From assembly GCF_000143415.4 (NCBI RefSeq), contig NW_003314343.1, positions 496,813-560,812 on the forward strand: a DNA stretch of 64,000 nucleotides, given 5' to 3'. Below the pieces are notes generated by a model. The model was not told the DNA's origin. It was given only the letters and a program-made list of their open reading frames with translations, and searched no databases. This document shows, in pieces, positions 61,000-64,000 of this stretch (position 1 is the stretch's first letter; every line of letters starts with the position of its first letter). The DNA is from Selaginella moellendorffii (Eukaryota; Plantae; Lycopodiophyta). Both the position numbers and the translations under genes were made by a program.

Positions 61000-63900
61000 C
61001 CAAGCCCTCTACACCACTGCTCATGGCTGTGAGCATGCTCCACCTCCATTGTGTCCAGATTAGTTGTGAACTAATCTGTTGTAAAATAAATTGACTGAAC
61101 TTAACTTAATTATACTTTAAGCCACATTCTGCAAAGATTGCTTGGTGAGCAATTACACTTCTTGGGGCTTTGGCTCTGTCCCTTTTTCTTTAGCCTAAAA
61201 CATCCATCATTCCTCATTAAAACACCTTTTAACTTACTGATATAGAAACTGGGTGTACTTTTGCAACTTCACACAGTAAACCACTTTACTGATGCATTCT
61301 AAGACTTTAGTACTTAACCTTCTTAGCTCAGTCTTGAGACATTTGCAAGTTTCAATTACATACATTTAGAATTGCATCCAATTCTATGGATAAACTCTTT
61401 ACCTTGCTATCCATTTTAGATCTTTGAGATCCAAGTAAACTAGCAACTTGATTTATATATGAGTGATATTTCCAATATCACAAAGTCATACAACCATTGT
61501 GTCCTTAAGAGATAATAGAAGTGATAAGTTGTCTTCTAGGTACTCAAGCTCAAAAGCTATCCTTGGATGATAACCATGTCTCAGAAAGCAAAATGTCATC
61601 TTAATTGTTATATGCAAACTCCACAAGGAACAAAAATTTATCCCACTATCCTTGTTGTTTATTAATAATGCATCTTAGCATGTCTTCAACTATTTGGTTG
61701 ACTTGTTTAGTTTGTCCATCTATCTAAGCTTAATGCTTCTTTATGAGCTTTGCAAAACTTCTCTAAAATTCACTCATGAATTTTGAGTCTTTGTCACTTA
61801 CAATCTCCATTGGCAAACTAAATTATGGAAAAACACACTCAAGGTATATTGCAGCCAAGTCCTTAAGGAAAGACACACTCAAGGTATATTGCAGCCAAGT
61901 CCACACTATTTACCACTTTATTCAAAAGAACTTAAATTTGTTTATTTTACTTCTGTGTTCTTGGCAAATGTATGATCCATGGATATGTTCATCCATCTAT
62001 CCTTTGGGAGAGGCAATGACACCAAAAGCCCCATTGGTTTTTCGGCACCTTTGACAAACATTGTATATCTTGCAATACTTGAGAATATTATTTTTCATGT
62101 TCTTCCAAAAGAATACACTTGATCAACTTGTAAGTCTTCTTCCCCCCAAAATGACTAGCCTTTTGGGCAGTTATGATAATAATAGAGGAGATGGTTAATT
62201 AGTTTATCAACTCAGGGAAGATATACTTAGGCATTATATAAGAGTAAGCCATTCTGGCATGAGAAAGGTGGTTCCATATACACACTAAGCTCTTGTACTT
62301 TGGATTCTTGCTATTGAACTTGCTTGAACATAATAGCAAATTCTATCACAACTTTTGTCAAACCATGACAAATCCTTTCTTGGAATTCTCCCACAAAAGT
62401 AGAGCATATACAAGATAAAGCATTAGCCATGACATTCAAACGTCCAGCCTTGTGCTCAATCAAAACTTTGCCAAACTCCATGAGTTTGATCATCTATTGT
62501 GCATGGCAAGAGTTAATCTCTTAAGTGAGTAGAAACACTAATGGTTTATAGTTCTTGAACACCATAAACACAGCACCAAATAAATAATGCTATCACACAT
62601 ATAGTGCATTAATAATTCTTAAAAGCTCTTACCCATATGTAGTATAGTGCTACTCTCTTGGGTTTAATATCTTGCTCTCATATGCAATAAGATGATTGTG
62701 TAAGCTCTTAAATTTGGACTTCCCGATAAGCCATCCAGCCCAGTACTATTTAAACCTAAGGATCCTTAATCCCAAATATCCCAAGACCCTTAACTGATTG
62801 GATAAAAAATGTGCACTCTTGTTTATAGGCCCTTTTTCTTTATATTTGAACCTTATAGATCATTTCTCAAGTTGTTCTCTTTGGTTGTTTACAATCTATC
62901 ACACTTCCTTGTAAGTTCATGCCTTCGTGAACGGAAGTTAAAAGTTGCAGCTCTCCCAAAAGCTTGACACCCTATCCTTCGGGTCAAGCTCAGCTAGAGC
63001 AAATTGGACCTACTAAATATCAATTAATATATAATGCAATTCCCTTAAGCTAAATCAATATGTGGTATGATTCCCCTAAATCAACTAACTAAAATCCTCT
63101 TTCACCCAACCTAATATTATTTAAACCCAAGAACACTTAACCCCAAATATCCCAAGACCGATTGGAAAAGGGGGTACATTCTTGTTTATGGGCCCTTCTC
63201 CTTTATATTTTAACCCCATGGATTATTTCTCAAGTCATTCTCTTTGGTTTCTTATAGATTTTTTTGTATAAAAATGACACCTACAGCATAGCCATTTGTA
63301 TCTACAACCATTGTATATAGTTTGTTTAGATCCGCAATATATAAAATCAGAGCATGAGTTAAAACATCCTTCAAAACTCGAAAGCTTTGGTCTTGCAAAG
63401 TCTCCCATTTAAAATGAGTGTTTTGATGAAGCAACTGAGTCAAGAGAAGAGTAATATTAGTACAATACTTGATAAACTTGTAATAACCAGCCATTCCTAA
63501 GGAACTCTTCAACTCAACAACATTTATTAGAGTTGGATATTCTTTCATGATAATAACCTTTTCTAGATCAATCTTAACTCCTTCAATAGAGATAATATAG
63601 CCTAGATACTTGCGTTTGGATTGTGTAAACTCGCATTTATTCCTCTTAGCATAAAGCTTATACTTGCATAACAACTCTAACATTTTGCACAAATGTTGTT
63701 TATGCTCGATCATATTCTTATTAAAGATAAGAATATTGTTAAGGAAGATCTTTATGAAGTCATATAAATACTCCCCAAACATGTGGATCATAAGCCTTAT
63801 AAAAGTTGTTGGTGCATTCATAAGTCCAAATAGGATCACTGTATATTCAAAATGCCCGAAATTTATAGAAAAAAGCTGACTATATGATATCTGTATCATT

Positions 63901-64000
63901 CAGAGGAATCTAATAATAACCACTTTGCAAATTAATCTTGGTAAAGACCTTGGTTTCACCAAGCCTATCCAAGATATTATCTACTTATGGCATTGGCATT
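61000..64000 (-). mobile_element. Decayed Ty3/gypsy pol (RT, RNase H, integrase), running off the window end
   Basis: GHFEYTVILFGLMNAPTTF, LYAKRNKCEF, DTNGYAVG, IAYESK and HKAGRLNVMANALS, plus integrase-like remnants at 61500-62100. Many stops. Confidence 0.88.
62699..63256. mobile_element. 558-bp nested insertion made of two related LTR-like units (TRIM- or solo-LTR-like)
   Basis: TGTAAG...CTTATA termini and flanking GATTG/GATTT duplication. Removal restores the RNase H frame IQ(K/N)NHLIAYESK. Internal ~140-bp direct repeat. Confidence 0.75.

Noticed and set aside
61827-61902. 40-bp tandem duplication within the dead integrase
   Set aside because: Real but an ordinary slippage event in a pseudogenised TE.

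Overview
Eukaryotic land-plant nuclear DNA. Very short introns (mostly about 50-100 nt), tiny intergenic spacers and a PPR gene rich in short motifs point to the lycophyte Selaginella; this assignment is inference. 1-16.5 kb is repeat/TE terrain: a 316-bp tandem array with an internal inversion, ~0.9-kb repeats with telomere-like tracts, an intact young Ty3/gypsy element (6850-11846), hAT remnants and a broken PWP2 pseudogene. 16.6-59 kb is gene-dense: ACC1, P5CR, a PLS-E PPR, a secreted 10-Cys peptide plus its dead twin, clade-B PP2C, DUF868, WNK, FLAP1, DUF2358, GSA, a BRCT protein, a WWE+PARP-like gene, an M16 insulinase, a divergent H2B, an RCC1 protein and a DUF26 kinase. 59-64 kb holds a pseudogene copy of the kinase and a decayed gypsy with a nested insertion. 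Main highlights: a complete -1 ribosomal frameshift signal (G_GGA_AAC, 6-nt spacer, H-type pseudoknot) linking gag and pol; a compact WWE-ADP-ribosyltransferase-like gene with a non-canonical active site; a strongly divergent H2B; an unplaced Cys-rich peptide; and two minor-spliceosome introns, one an AT-AC intron with a deviant 5' site. All alignments were done by eye and no database searches were run.
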